Positions 1 to 12,053 of a stretch of 64,000 nt of DNA are shown here, piece by piece; position 1 is the first letter of the stretch, and each line of letters starts with the position of its first letter. Position numbers and translations under genes: made by a program. Origin of the DNA: Octopus sinensis (taxonomy: Eukaryota); contig NC_043015.1 in NCBI RefSeq assembly GCF_006345805.1, positions 53,816,001-53,880,000 of the forward strand, read 5' to 3'. Under the pieces are notes generated by a model that made no database searches, was not told the origin of the DNA, and was given only the letters and a program-made list of their open reading frames with translations.

Positions 1-150
1 TGATTTCGCCTATTAACGAATAAATCACTTACTTAATCCTTCGTCCGTAGGACTCGTCAGTACGATCGTTCCACAAGCAATATAATTTGAAAATTAACCA
101 CCAGTTTTGCGTATAAAACAGACACGTGCTTAGTTCCACCGATTATATAT

Positions 151-195
<45 letters not shown>

Positions 196-199
196 TATA

Positions 200-1065
200 T
201 ATATTATAGATCAATAAATGGTGGGGGTTGTGTTGACCGCACGTGGAGAAATGATAAGTAAGGAAAAATTTTTTTTTTAAATGCAGAATGCTCAAATGAA
301 AGAAAATTTTAATAAAATGAGAAATTGATAAAATATATAATAATATTTATTCAACCGGTTTTCGTCATTGTATGACTTGTCAAGAATATTTATATTTTAA
401 AAAGTTTTTTTTTTAAATTAGAAAGGGGAAAAAAAAAATTGCATTGTTTTTTGTAAAAGAATAATGATAAAAATGTAACAAAATTAAAAAATTGTTCTCC
501 GATACATTGTGAGTTCGTTGTGTATCTTGAGTTTTATGGTTGTTCACGAAAAAATTACCTTGAGGTGTTAAGATCCAAAGGGATTAAGAGCATGTGTTGT
601 GTTGTTTAATTCAGCATGTTGCAGGACAGAAGTAGTAGTATTGTGGTTCTGGTTCTTCATTGTTTTGGTTCCTGTGTTGGGAGTAAGGGGAGACAACTCT
701 TTGAGTTCTTCAATAAAACCCAAATTATAAAATTATCATTTTAGCTTCATTTGCGTTATCTTTTATATAATTGCTTGTTAACTTACTTTCAGATTTTAAC
801 ACTTTATTTATATTATTTTCTAATTTATAAATCTGCATAGACATTGCATTTCAAATTGTCAATCATTTATAATAAAAATGATAGTAATAACAACACTAAT
901 ATAAAATGATATTTAAAGAATATAAGTTTTAGCTTGAAGTGATGAATGCATGTATCTTTATATATTTGTGTTAGTCCATCCATGAAGAGTGAGGTAGAGA
1001 AAGGAGTTTGATCAACGAGGAGTTTGCATATTAAGTTGGTGTTTTGAATTTTTTCAATAAAGAGA
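200..1065 (-). mobile_element. Degenerate Penelope-like element 3' region (weak coding remnant plus decayed hammerhead motif at 349-388)
   Basis: Minus strand reads attc-TTGACAA-gtcat(aca)atgac-GAAA-accggtt-gaat, a decayed minimal hammerhead. An upstream stop-riddled frame (..TTSVLQHAELNNNTTH..KLKIHNELT..) loosely resembles a PLE endonuclease C-terminus. Confidence 0.4.
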
Positions 1066-1069
1066 TTCT

Positions 1070-1108
<39 letters not shown>

Positions 1109-1109
1109 C

Positions 1110-1620
1110 TTCAAAAATAAACTTCGTTTGGTCACATACTTGGTCAAACAATGATCTTTTCAACCGACAGCAGCCGACGTCACTAATGTACTGCTGGGCG
1201 TCAGATTTAAAAACGGAGGGACACCTTTCAGTGGGTGTCACGGTCACCCAAACCATAACTGACTGTGGATTTTGATGCCGATTTACGAGTCTACTATTGA
1301 TGAAGGCAGATATACACCAAAGTCGGTCATTTTGGTGGTTTACTCTCTGTTCGATACGATCACCACGTTGGTTAGCGTGACTTCAGCAATAGGACGCAGG
1401 ATAAGACGACATGAAGATTTCGCCGTATCTTTTCTCTAGTACTTCTGATAAGCTGAGGGGTCCGCACATCTTCCTTTTCGGTTACGTCCAGGTCGATCAG
1501 CAGTGGAACCAGTCTCTTGAGATTTCTTGACAATTTTCCAGACTGTTGTTCGGTGAATTTTAAGCTTTTTTGCTATCGCCGTATTACTTTTTTCGGTCTA
1601 TAACAATTAACTAATTTATA
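1110..1620 (-). pseudogene. Tc1-like DDE transposase remnant (internally deleted, frameshifted)
   Basis: Minus-strand translation gives an HTH region KSNTAIAKKLKIHRTTVWKIVKKSQETGSTADRPGR..VRTPQLIRSTREKIRRN, then ..HQNPQSVMVWVTVT..PSVF..AQQYISDV, typical of Tc1-family transposases. Confidence 0.8.
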
Positions 1621-1739
1621 AATATGAATTTATTTAGTCTGAAAACTACTAGGTTTTTATAATGTACAATTTTCATATCATCACATTTATTGATAGTTAT
1701 TAAAACCCGAACTTAAGTAACCTTAATTTCGGCACACCT

Positions 1740-1902
1740 AACGACATGGTTCCGAGTTCAGTCCCACTGCGTGGCACCTTGGGCACGTATCTTCTATTAT
1801 AGCCACGGGCCGAACATACCTTGTGAGTGGATTTGGCAGACGGAAACTGAAATGAGCCAGTCGTATATGTATATATATATATATATATATAGATATATAT
1901 AT

Positions 1903-1964
<62 letters not shown>

Positions 1965-2215
1965 AATACATATATATATACGTATATATAGCTAGCTAGA
2001 TAGATAGATATTTGTGCGTGTGTCTGCGTTTGTCCCCACGCCCTGCATCGCTTGACAACCGATGTTGTGGTGATTACGTCTCCGTAACTTAGCAGTTCCG
2101 CTTAAGAGAAAGACAGAATAAGTACCAGGCTTACAAGGAAAAAGTCCTGGGTTCGATTTGTTCAACTAAAGGTGGTACTCCAGCATGGCGGCTGTCAAAT
2201 GACTGAAATAATTAA
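1740..2215 (+). mobile_element. tRNA-derived SINE family A (head, internal microsatellite, conserved tail)
   Basis: Head ..gttccgagttcagtcccactgcgtggcaccttgggc..ggaaactgaaa, internal (TA)n, tail ..ccgtaacttagc..gaataagtacca..ctccagcatgg..aaatgactgaaa. The same blocks recur at least 10 times in the window. Confidence 0.8.
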
Positions 2216-2228
2216 ATGAAAGAATAAG

Positions 2229-2465
2229 TTGTCAAGCGATAGCGTGGTGGGGTGGGCACAAACACAGGTACACACAGACATAAGTATATACATATATATA
2301 TACGACAGGCTTCTTTCAGTTTCCGTCTACCAAATCCACTCACAAGGCTTTGGCCAGCCTGAGACCATAGAACGCATTCGGCCAAGGTGCCATGCAGTGG
2401 GACTGAACCCAGGTACCATGTGGTTGGTAAGCAAGCTTCTTTCCATACAGCCACGTTGCACCCGT
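2229..2465 (-). mobile_element. SINE family A, inverted partial copy
   Basis: Reverse complement of the head and body at 1740-2060. Confidence 0.75.
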
Positions 2466-2482
2466 ACGTATAGACACGCATT

Positions 2483-2551
<69 letters not shown>

Positions 2552-2674
2552 GATATTTATATATATACACATACATATATATATATATTATGTGTGTATA
2601 ATATATGTGAGTGTGTTTGTGTGTGCCCGTGTGTGTAAGTATATGCATACGTTTATATATGTATATATAGTCAG

Positions 2675-2774
2675 NNNNNNNNNNNNNNNNNNNNNNNNNN
2701 NNNNNNNNNNNNNNNNNNNNNNNNNNNNNNNNNNNNNNNNNNNNNNNNNNNNNNNNNNNNNNNNNNNNNNNNNN
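2675..2774. other. Assembly gap (100 N)
   Basis: Run of N in the sequence. Confidence 1.
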
Positions 2775-2848
2775 AGCCTTGTGAGTGAATTGGTAGACGA
2801 AGCTCAAAGGGGAAGCCCCCCCGCTATATAATATATATATAATATATA

Positions 2849-2879
<31 letters not shown>

Positions 2880-2881
<2 letters not shown>

Positions 2882-3350
2882 GAGTAATAGGGAATAAATC
2901 CAAACTTACGGGACAAATTAGATTTAGGATAAAATCTAATTTCACCTAGGTAAATATACATTAATTAGCGATAAAACCATTATTAGGCAAATCAAACAGT
3001 GGAAAAACATAAACCAAAAATAAAAAATAAAAATAATTAATTTATTAATATAAAAAATATATACAAATTTAAAATCTAAATTATTTAAATTTAAAATTTG
3101 TAATTTATAGTTATAATTTTTGATATAAAATATATAAAATATATATTTAAAAATATTAAAAAAAATACATAAAAATTTATAAATATAAATTTAAAATTTT
3201 AGTTTAAATAATGAATTTTAAATTTTATATATTTTGTAACATTATAAAATTATTTTATTTTATGTTTTGGTTATTATGTTATTTCATTTTTTTTTTGCAT
3301 TTTTTTTTTTTTTTTTCTTTTTCAATAATAGTGGTTTATCACTAATTAAT
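2880..3350. mobile_element. Fold-back AT-rich repeat, probable PLE-terminal family (second copy at 11225-11500)
   Basis: Shares start gggaataaatccaaacttac.ggga.aaat.agatttaggat with 11238. Inverted arms at 2961-2985 and 3326-3349. Confidence 0.55.
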
Positions 3351-3353
3351 TTA

Positions 3354-3403
<50 letters not shown>

Positions 3404-4299
3404 GTATATATATGCATATATACATACATATCTGTAAATACCTACATATATATGTATATATACATGCTATATGGGTACAGGAAATCAAAAGAACATTGAA
3501 CACAATGGAAACGAAAACGAAAACAAAAACAAAACATAGCATGAATTTTTTTTTACATCTTCATGTTTCCTCACAACCATTCCCTTTCTTCTCCCTCTTT
3601 CTCTTGCTCCTCCTCCCCCTCCGTCGTTGACCCGCGACGAGACTTCCGCTACTGTCTTTTCTAGTTTAGCGGACTTCTCGAAGTGTGGACGGCAATCTTT
3701 TTGCTCTGTTCGTCGTCCACAGAAATCAGCGTTCGTAATACTTTTTTTCGTTCGGCGTTAACAGCCCTTCTTATCTTGTTTTACCTTGTCCTGTCTTTTA
3801 CTGCTTATATTTTGTACTGTCGTTACTGTCCTGGTTTTGTTACCATTTTTACCCCTCTGCGAAAAGATCTCAAATTTTAATTGATTTGCTTTTCGCAGGA
3901 AGGAAAGTTTCCTATCGAAGATACGTCTCGCCTTCACCTTCGAAACGTAGAGTAGATGAAACCATGGCGACTGAAGAAGGGTTTTTTTCTTTGTGTTAAT
4001 TGTCCTGTACTCTATTTTTTGTTGTTTAAAAAAAATGTCCAGTTCCTTGGGTTTGTGTCTATGTTTTCGTTTCTCATTGTGTTCGACGTCCTTTTGGTGC
4101 CCTGTACTCATATATGCGTGTATATATACATGTGAGGAGGTACGTACATATATGTATATATATATATATGCATATGTTTTATTTATTAATATATATATAT
4201 ATAATATATATAATATATATATATTATATATATAATATATATATATATACATACAACATATATATATATACGTACATACACGCACGTGTGCTTGTGTAG

Positions 4300-4470
4300 T
4301 GTTCGTGTCTATTTTATCTCTAACCACCGCTAAACAACCGGTGTTAGTGTTTTTCTATCCCCGTAACCTAGTGGTTAGAAAATAGTAACCGATATATTAA
4401 GTACCAGGCTTTAAAAAAAAAACGAAAAGAAGTACTGGTGCTCCAGCATGGCTGCAAGTCGAATAACCTT
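4300..4470 (+). mobile_element. SINE family A tail fragment
   Basis: ccgtaaccta..aagtaccaggct..ggtgctccagcatggctgca matches the tail at 2060-2200. Confidence 0.65.
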
Positions 4471-5057
4471 AACAAGTTATACATACAAGCTAAAACATCT
4501 TGTACGATTCGAAGAAAATATTTGATTCTCTAATTGGAACAGCTGCGAAGGATAACCCATTGCTTCACGGAACCTTCAGGCATTTGGTTATAGGAGAAAT
4601 CTAAGCCAGCGTTTAACATGGCGTTAGCATGAGATTCCAAAAGTTGGTAAGAATTTTAGATCTGCTTGAGAGATTTCTCGAAGTTACTCTAGTGTGAAGC
4701 TACGTCCGGAGGTCGATAAATGCCATGTCAGCAAATTAGATTTACCTAATGCGAATACTAGGTCGGCAAATTCCGTTAACATAAAATTTACAGCTTCTGT
4801 TATTTATGCGTCTGGTGGTGATAGAATGGGGATCTCGTTTTGTAAGCTGGGTTATACATACATGCATTTCTGTAGTTGTGTGCCGATGCATATGTATGTG
4901 TGTGTGTGTGTGTGTGTGGTGTGTGTGTGGTGTGTTTGGTGTGCGCGCTTGAGTATATGTATGCGTCTGTGCGCGCGTGTGTATGTGATCGCATATATAT
5001 ATAAATCTACCAATCTATCTATCTATAAGTGTGTGTGCATATATATATATGCATGTT

Positions 5058-5088
<31 letters not shown>

Positions 5089-5209
5089 CATTCAAATGTA
5101 TGTGTCTGTGTGTGTGAAGGAATTTATATATCGTTTATACACACACTCAAACACACGTTTATATATATATATATATGTATGTATATATACATATATATAT
5201 ATACGTATA

Positions 5210-5261
<52 letters not shown>

Positions 5262-5749
5262 CACACATGTGAGTGTGTGTCTGTATGCACATGCAGATTT
5301 ATAAATTTACACACATACCTACATACACACACCTACACACACATATGCACACGCACATACTCACTAAGAACTTCCCTGCATCGCTGGTTAGCAACCGTTC
5401 TCTGATATAATTCGATTATATATGTTACAGATATGACTAAGATTATCTGAGAATATATTAATGAAGGTATATTTCCGAGGCAGATAATTAATCCAATTCT
5501 TCGTTTTTCCGCCCAGCTAATCAGAAAAGCCATTCCATTAGACTAGTTATTAAATAGAGGATTCTTCCTTAGACATAGCAGCACAGGCGACATATTGTCA
5601 AATGACATTGTTAATTTGAAGCACTTCAAAGGAAAGTCTTGCAACAGAAATTTTCCCTACTTTCTTTACGAAAGGCAAATCTATGCACGTATGTGCTTCC
5701 GTACACATTCCGATAAGAGTCACTGGGCATCTCCTGTTCTCCCTTCTCT

Positions 5750-5754
5750 CTCTT

Positions 5755-5809
<55 letters not shown>

Positions 5810-5846
5810 CTTTTTCTCTCCTTCCCTCTCTGCTTCTCTCTTTCTG

Positions 5847-5939
<93 letters not shown>

Positions 5940-5950
5940 TTATCTATCTA
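5750..5950. repeat. Compound microsatellite (CT)n/(TTTC)n/(TATC)n
   Basis: Direct inspection. Confidence 0.95.
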
Positions 5951-6489
5951 TCACCGTCTCGTTTTTCGATTACAACTCATTGTATACGTACATGCGCATA
6001 AGCATGTGAGCTTGTACTTACATACACATGTGTATGTGTGTGTGTATTTTATGTTTATGTATATATATATAGATACATATACATATGTGTATGTATAAAT
6101 ATATGCATATATATGGATATATAAGCTTGTGCGATGTGCATTAGACATGTATGTTCTCTGTAGGAAGACACCTCAACTCGCTTCTCACTTTCCAACATAT
6201 ATATATATATATATATATATAGATGTGTGTGTGTGTGTGTGTGCGTATACAGTTGTATCGTAAATATATATACATATATAGTAGACAGATATACATATAT
6301 ACATATATACACATATATATATATATAAGTATATATGTATATATGTATATATATATATCTATCTATCTATCTATATATATATATATATTTGTATATATAT
6401 ATATACATACAAACACACGCACACACACATACATATATATATATATATACACTTATATGTATATATACGAAGCTGTATCCATTTAAACT

Positions 6490-6790
6490 TTCTTGTAAGG
6501 AGGGGAATCTCTGGTACCTTTATCGATCAAATATCAATCGGCTCGATGTCTTTCGCAAGCGATGCCATCGAACCATGTGCAGATACAGCCTGACTGATGG
6601 AATTTTGAATATCGATCTATTCTCTCTAAATGTAAAATTCCCTTGTTTTGAATCCTTTCTTTTGCAATTCTAATTAAGACGGGGCGGACATATCACCAGA
6701 ATGAGTTAAAATAAAATTCTTAAAGTCCACGCTTATCATGGCGGATTATCTGCTACCAAGTCAGACTTGCAGCCTGTGTTTATGAAGCAG
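6490..6790 (+). pseudogene. RTE-type LINE ORF C-terminal remnant
   Basis: Translation ..[45 protein letters not shown].. resembles the post-RT region of RTE elements (W.LY...I..L..F..RCLR; QLRWAGHV.RM). Confidence 0.7.
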
Positions 6791-7064
6791 GGTACATTTA
6801 GTTTTAACCCTTTCTCTTCCATATTCTCAAGATCTGCGCTTCTTGAACGTTTTCATTCCTGAGCCTATTTTTCATCACGTGATTTTTCACGACCCTACGT
6901 ATTAAATATGAAATAAAGCGTACAAAAAAATACATGAATCATTTTTTTCTGAATAACATACATATAAAAAAATGTAATAATATTTGTCAAAATAAAAGTA
7001 GTTTTAGGATTTGTTTCAAGTACAAAAATAAGCCAAAGTTTAAAAAAATAAAGCGAAGTAAAAA

Positions 7065-7135
7065 TCGCGACCCTAGTATTTCGTTTCGCGACCCCATTTT
7101 GAGTGGCGACCCATAGTTTAAGAAGCGCTGCACTT
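7065..7135 (-). mobile_element. hAT (Charlie-like) DNA transposon terminus
   Basis: Reverse complement begins cagcgcttcttaaactatgggtcgccac..ggggtcgcga, a Charlie-type CAGYGNTTC-TCAAAC-like terminal motif. Confidence 0.55.
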
Positions 7136-7399
7136 GATAGTAGTTTACGTACTTTATCCTCTATTTCAGGAGCTCTTTTTATTCTGGACTTCATTTATGG
7201 ATACCTAAATCATTATTATGATGATTGTGTACAACAGTATACGTAAAAACGAGGTTTAAAGCGACCGTGTATTATTAGTAACTCTCTAAGTTCTGATTAC
7301 AAATGCTAATGTTTTCTTTTGCATCATCGAAGGCATTTCGGCTTCACGATCCTTTGACAATTTATAAATGGGACCACATTTGCAAATAAGGATTACTTT

Positions 7400-7575
7400 T
7401 AAGTCGCATGGTTAAGTGGTTAGGGGTGTTGGACTCATGATCGTAACATTGTGGTTTCGATTCGTGGACCGTGCAACGCGTTGTGTTCTTGAGCAAAACA
7501 CTTCATTTCATGTTGTTCCAGTCCACTCAGCTGACAAAAATGAGTAATCCTGCGACGGACCGGCGTACCATCCAG
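7400..7575 (+). mobile_element. tRNA-derived SINE family C
   Basis: A/B-box-like head (ggttaagtggttagg..ggtttcgattc), then ttgtgttcttgagcaaaacactt..ctgcgacggaccggcgtaccatccag. Related copy at 32000-32200. Confidence 0.65.
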
Positions 7576-7576
7576 T

Positions 7577-7660
7577 ATTACAGTAACCCCTCTAATATCG
7601 CGGGTGTTACGTTCCAAAATCCCCCGCGATAGGTAAAAATCCGCGAAGTAGAAACAGTAC
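7577..7660 (+). mobile_element. Tigger/pogo-like DNA transposon terminus
   Basis: TA + cagtaacccctctaatatcgcggg..cccccgcgatagg resembles Tigger-type terminal sequences. Confidence 0.45.
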
Positions 7661-7662
7661 TG

Positions 7663-7698
<36 letters not shown>

Positions 7699-8574
7699 TT
7701 TATAATTTGTATATATTTATTTTATTATAAATATAAAACAACACCACAGAAATTAAATGCGTAATGATAGCAGGCAAAGCTGACATCAGCGTGGTCTGAA
7801 CCCAGATCGCAGTGAATCGGAGCGTATTTTAATAGGAGTTTAATACCTCATAAGATATAAATTAGATATTTTTAGCATTGAGTTTCAATCCTTTACTGTC
7901 TTCCATATGTGTCATATTTCCGAGATCAATAAAATAAATCTCAAGCCATGATTTGCATGCAATTGAATCCAATGTATTGATCTGTAAATTGCGTGGCGAT
8001 GAATCAACATTAGAATCCGTCGGTCAAGCCCTCATTGATTTTCGCAAGTTCCGCTTGGAAAAGAAAATTGATGTTGGAGAGGAAGGGCTTGTTTCATAGT
8101 GAATTTGAGAAAAAGGTGGGCGACAGTGACTAGACTCGCTCTAAGCATCAGCCTTATAGATTAGAGAGAAGCAACTAGCTGAGGGGCTCTCATGACTTTG
8201 GGAAGTAAGGTTATCCTGGAACTGTGGGGTTCCTTTATTGGTCACAGTTGGAAATATCCTTCTGTATTATGAAGACTGTATCAATCATGAGTATTTTTAT
8301 GTCATTTTACTTACCACCCTTATCGTTTCCGACTTTTATATAAAACCTCCTTATAGATTTGTAAACTGTCCTCCTAATATCTCTTTCAACTGAGATTGTT
8401 ATGGCAATCATCTTCATCATCATCATCATCCTCCTATGATGAAAACTCTCAGCTTGTTTTGCTGTGTACATGGGAAAGTGTCAGCTGTCCACAGCCAGCA
8501 GACTAAGGTGAAACTTGTTTGCTAGTCATGCTTCAAGAACCCTGCGGAGATTGCTTGCAGTTCCAAGCAATGAT

Positions 8575-8765
8575 GATTTTTCTAAGTAATACAGTTCTAT
8601 ATTTAAGAGAGGAGGAATCCTTTACATTATTTACATTATTTACATTTGACGGATATTTGTCCTCATCTTGTCAGTTGTTAACACAATATTTCGGCTGATA
8701 TATCCTTCAGGCTTCATCAGGTATCTTGGGAAAATTTTGAACCTGGGTTCTCATTCCTAAGGTCT
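8575..8765 (-). mobile_element. PLE terminal fragment with decayed minimal hammerhead (8680-8725); same family as 41144-41291
   Basis: Reverse complement gatac-CTGATGA-agcctg..tcagcc-GAAA-tatt-gtgtt. About 140 bp of similarity to 41150-41290. Confidence 0.7.
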
Positions 8766-8766
8766 A

Positions 8767-8893
8767 GAATAGAACTCAGAATCTTGGGGTTAGTAGCCCG
8801 CACTCTTAACTACTACTCCTACGAGTATATGGTGTAGTGGTTAAGAGCGCAGGCGATTAACCCCAAGATCCCGAGTTCTATTCCCGGCAGTGA

Positions 8894-8897
<4 letters not shown>
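8767..8897. repeat. Inverted pair of tRNA-like heads forming a roughly 50-bp-stem palindrome, followed by (AAT)n
   Basis: 8767-8816 is the reverse complement of 8833-8882 at about 43/50 matches. The right arm has A-box-like tggtgtagtgg and B-box-like gagttctattcc. Confidence 0.75.
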
Positions 8898-8940
<43 letters not shown>

Positions 8941-9882
8941 TAATAATAATAATAATAATGATAATAATAATGCTATTTTTTTGCTAACATTTATTTTCCT
9001 GTTTGTATGTATTCCATAATCCCATAAGATGGTAACATTCTCTCCCTTAGTGGCTAACTCTGGATGGTGTTCATACCAGTTCTTAGGGTAACGGATATCC
9101 TAGTGGCGGCATATGCCTCAGTGCAATTATTTGCCAACACGATCATGCCTGCTTTTATATTCTGTGGGTGTAAGGACTTAGCAGCCGGCAACACTATGGG
9201 CAACACTCACGAGTTTGTCATTGCAGAGTCAACACTTTGTATCATTAGCTTGATAGTTCCGAGTGAGGAGACGCTCATGTTCTGCTGTTAGGATAAATCC
9301 ATCTGTTTCAGTTTTCAAGTCAACACTCTGTAGCCATTGATGGGTTCTTCTTCTACCTACACCATCTTGCCCAGCTCCTTTGGAATATTGCCTATGCAAT
9401 GATTTTTCTTGTCACAGTGTTGATGTTACTTCAGACGGTGTTACTTTAGGTGTACACCTGGCGTCCTATCCTAGTCGTTTTATGGATGTTTCAAGCAGGA
9501 TTAAGCATCTACCACCTTCCTTTCGTGGGAGATAGAGCCTGGGGACGTCTGATTTTCAGTTGTACATCTCGATATACATCTTTTGCAAATCGATCTGCCT
9601 AACTTGTTCGTCCTTACATTTACTCTTCTACCTACTCAAATTTAAAACTCCTGAGCACTACGAAGTGTATTCTATACAAGGAATATCTGTCTCCAATCTC
9701 TCTCACCCTTTCTCTCTCTTTCTCTCTCTCTCTCTCCCTCTCTCTCTCTCTCTTTCTCTCTCTTTCTCTGTCCCTATCTCTCTCTATATATATATGTGTG
9801 TGTATATTATGTATGTATGTACGTATATACGTATGTACGTATGTACGTTTGTATGTATGTATGTATATATATATATATATAT

Positions 9883-9939
<57 letters not shown>

Positions 9940-11224
9940 AAGAAAGATGGATAGATAGATGGATAGATAGATAGATAGACAGATATATATATATATATAT
10001 ATGAATACATATATATGTATTTATATACATGTGTGTATATATGTATCTATCTATATATATATATGTATACGCGCATACATATATATGCGCACACACATAT
10101 ATATATGCGCACACACATATATATAAATACATACACCCCCCACACACACAAACACACAAATACGTTTGTGTACATTTTTCCTCCTATTTTCTGCTGCGGT
10201 AAACGTTGCACGCTGGGATTGACTTCCTCGTACAAAATCTTCAAAGTTTCTGGTTCCTGCGGTGATACATGAACTCACGGCTGTTCGGACGAGAGCCTGA
10301 CACCTAACCTAACCTTCAATTACATCTATTAGTAAACAGAAACAGTATTCTCGTGCTAACGGCCAAAACCCTAAACCATATCTCCGGCCGGTGGAGGAGT
10401 CGGATAGCCGCACACACATTCAAATCGCCTAACACAATCGATAATGGCGACCTCGCTTTACTTTGCTTTCCTTCGTTTTGCTTCGCTTCTTCTTGCTTTG
10501 CTAATGTAATCGGGATCTACCCGAACAAACAACGGTAGCAACAAATAACAATGGCGGCAGCGACAACAACTACAAGAAAAATTATAGGAAATGGATTCAA
10601 CCACAGCAACGAAACCGCCATTACATTAAAGTTTCAAAATCGATAAATACAGGAGGGAGTTCGAATTACATAAGATTTATCGTCTTAGTTCAAGCAATGA
10701 ATGGTAAAGCTGTGCAGTAAGCGTTAAAAGAAAAATATATTCGTTGGCAAAGCCGGAGCAAAGAATGATGGGATTGCAATTAAGCGGCATTAGGAGATTG
10801 TAATTAGATCTGTACGTTGTATTGGAAGGGAATGATTAGGTGAGAATTGTAATGCAATTAAGAGTGTTAATGAAGTGGATCTGTAACATAAAGCTTGGTA
10901 GGAGGTAATTAAGCGAGAGAAGTTGAGGTCTTCATCGCATCATGGGCTCAGGTATTTGACTGACGTGTGTCATGTTGTAAGAGAAGGGATGACACGCAAC
11001 AGTTTTGCGGCGATGAGAAACGATCAGATGCACAGAGATACGTCACCCCGGTCACACGGACAAATAAAGTATGCGCGCAACACACAATATGCACACACAC
11101 ACGCAGACACACATATATATACATATATATATACATACATATATATATGCGAATATATATTTACAGGTATACATGCATACATATATATGCATATATATAT
11201 ATGTATATATGTATATATATATAA

Positions 11225-11500
11225 TAATAAAATATTAGGGAATAAATCCAAACTTACAGGGAAAAATCAGATTTAGGATTGAATCCAATTTTATAGTAAA
11301 ATATTATATTATATTAAAATAGAGAATTAGGTAAATCATACAATGAAAAACTCAAGCCAATACATAAGATTAATTAATTTATATTATTTAAAAATAATTT
11401 AAAATAAAATTAAAATAATATAAATTAATTAATCTTATGTATTGGCTTGAGTTTTTCATTGTATGATTTACCTAATAGTGGTTTTATCTCTAACTTAATT
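11225..11500. mobile_element. Fold-back repeat with perfect 64-bp arms (11326-11389 / 11413-11476)
   Basis: attaggtaaatcatacaatgaaaaactcaagcc..tatattattt pairs with its exact reverse complement. Same family as 2880-3350. Confidence 0.8.
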
Positions 11501-11529
11501 ATAATATATATATATATATATATATATCA

Positions 11530-11885
11530 TCCGAGACTTGGACCACGGGCTATACGTCCCCTGCCATAAATTCAAGATCACAACATACATGTACACTGCA
11601 ACATAATTTCTTTTCCTTCAACAGGCCCTGCCCTATTTAACATTGTCCCGAGGGAGATCAAAGAGGAAAAGGATCCCTCAACTTCAAACAGAGTCTGGAT
11701 AGATTCCTTCAAAGAATACCAGATAAGCCCCCATAATTGGATACAACTCACCCAACAAGAACTCACTACTTGAACAAAACTTGACTTAAACAGGATTCGA
11801 ATAATCCTATCAGGTGGTGCTATTAAGTTAGACATGGCCTGGACCAATCTCTGGTCGAAACATATCTAAGTTTTATCTAAGTTTT
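11530..11885 (+). pseudogene. CR1-type LINE 3' end
   Basis: Translation ..GPALFNIVPREIKEEKD..FKQSLDRFLQRIPDKP..NSLLEQ*, then 3' UTR caggtggtgctattaagttagacatggcc and a short tandem tail (atctaagtttt)2. Confidence 0.75.
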
Positions 11886-11968
11886 ATATATATATACACA
11901 CACATGAATATTTATAAATATATGTGTGTGTATGTGTGTGTGTGTGTTTGTGCATGCAGATAAATAGG

Positions 11969-12053
<85 letters not shown>

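Larger units (their letters stand above)
8410..9500 (-). pseudogene. R4/Dong-type (RLE) LINE 3' remnant, interrupted by insertions at about 8575-8970
   Basis: Minus-strand translation gives ..KC*LCNDKLVSVAHSVAGC*VLTPTEYKSRHDRVGK.. (CCHC knuckle), ..WYEHHPELATKGENVTILWDYGIHT.. and C-terminal ..KSSLLGTASNLRRVLEA*, followed by a 3' UTR and a (GAT)n tail. Confidence 0.8.

Noticed and set aside
7860-8100. Minus-strand frame vaguely resembling an RT region (..SIACK..THMED..)
   Set aside because: Too degenerate to assign without a search.
8828-8897. Functional tRNA gene
   Set aside because: Only A/B-box-like motifs are present; I cannot fold a proper acceptor stem or cloverleaf, and it runs into (AAT)n like a SINE.
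10760-10925. Cluster of TAAT/ATTA homeodomain-like sites as an enhancer
   Set aside because: Such motifs are expected by chance in AT-rich DNA, and no conservation data are available.
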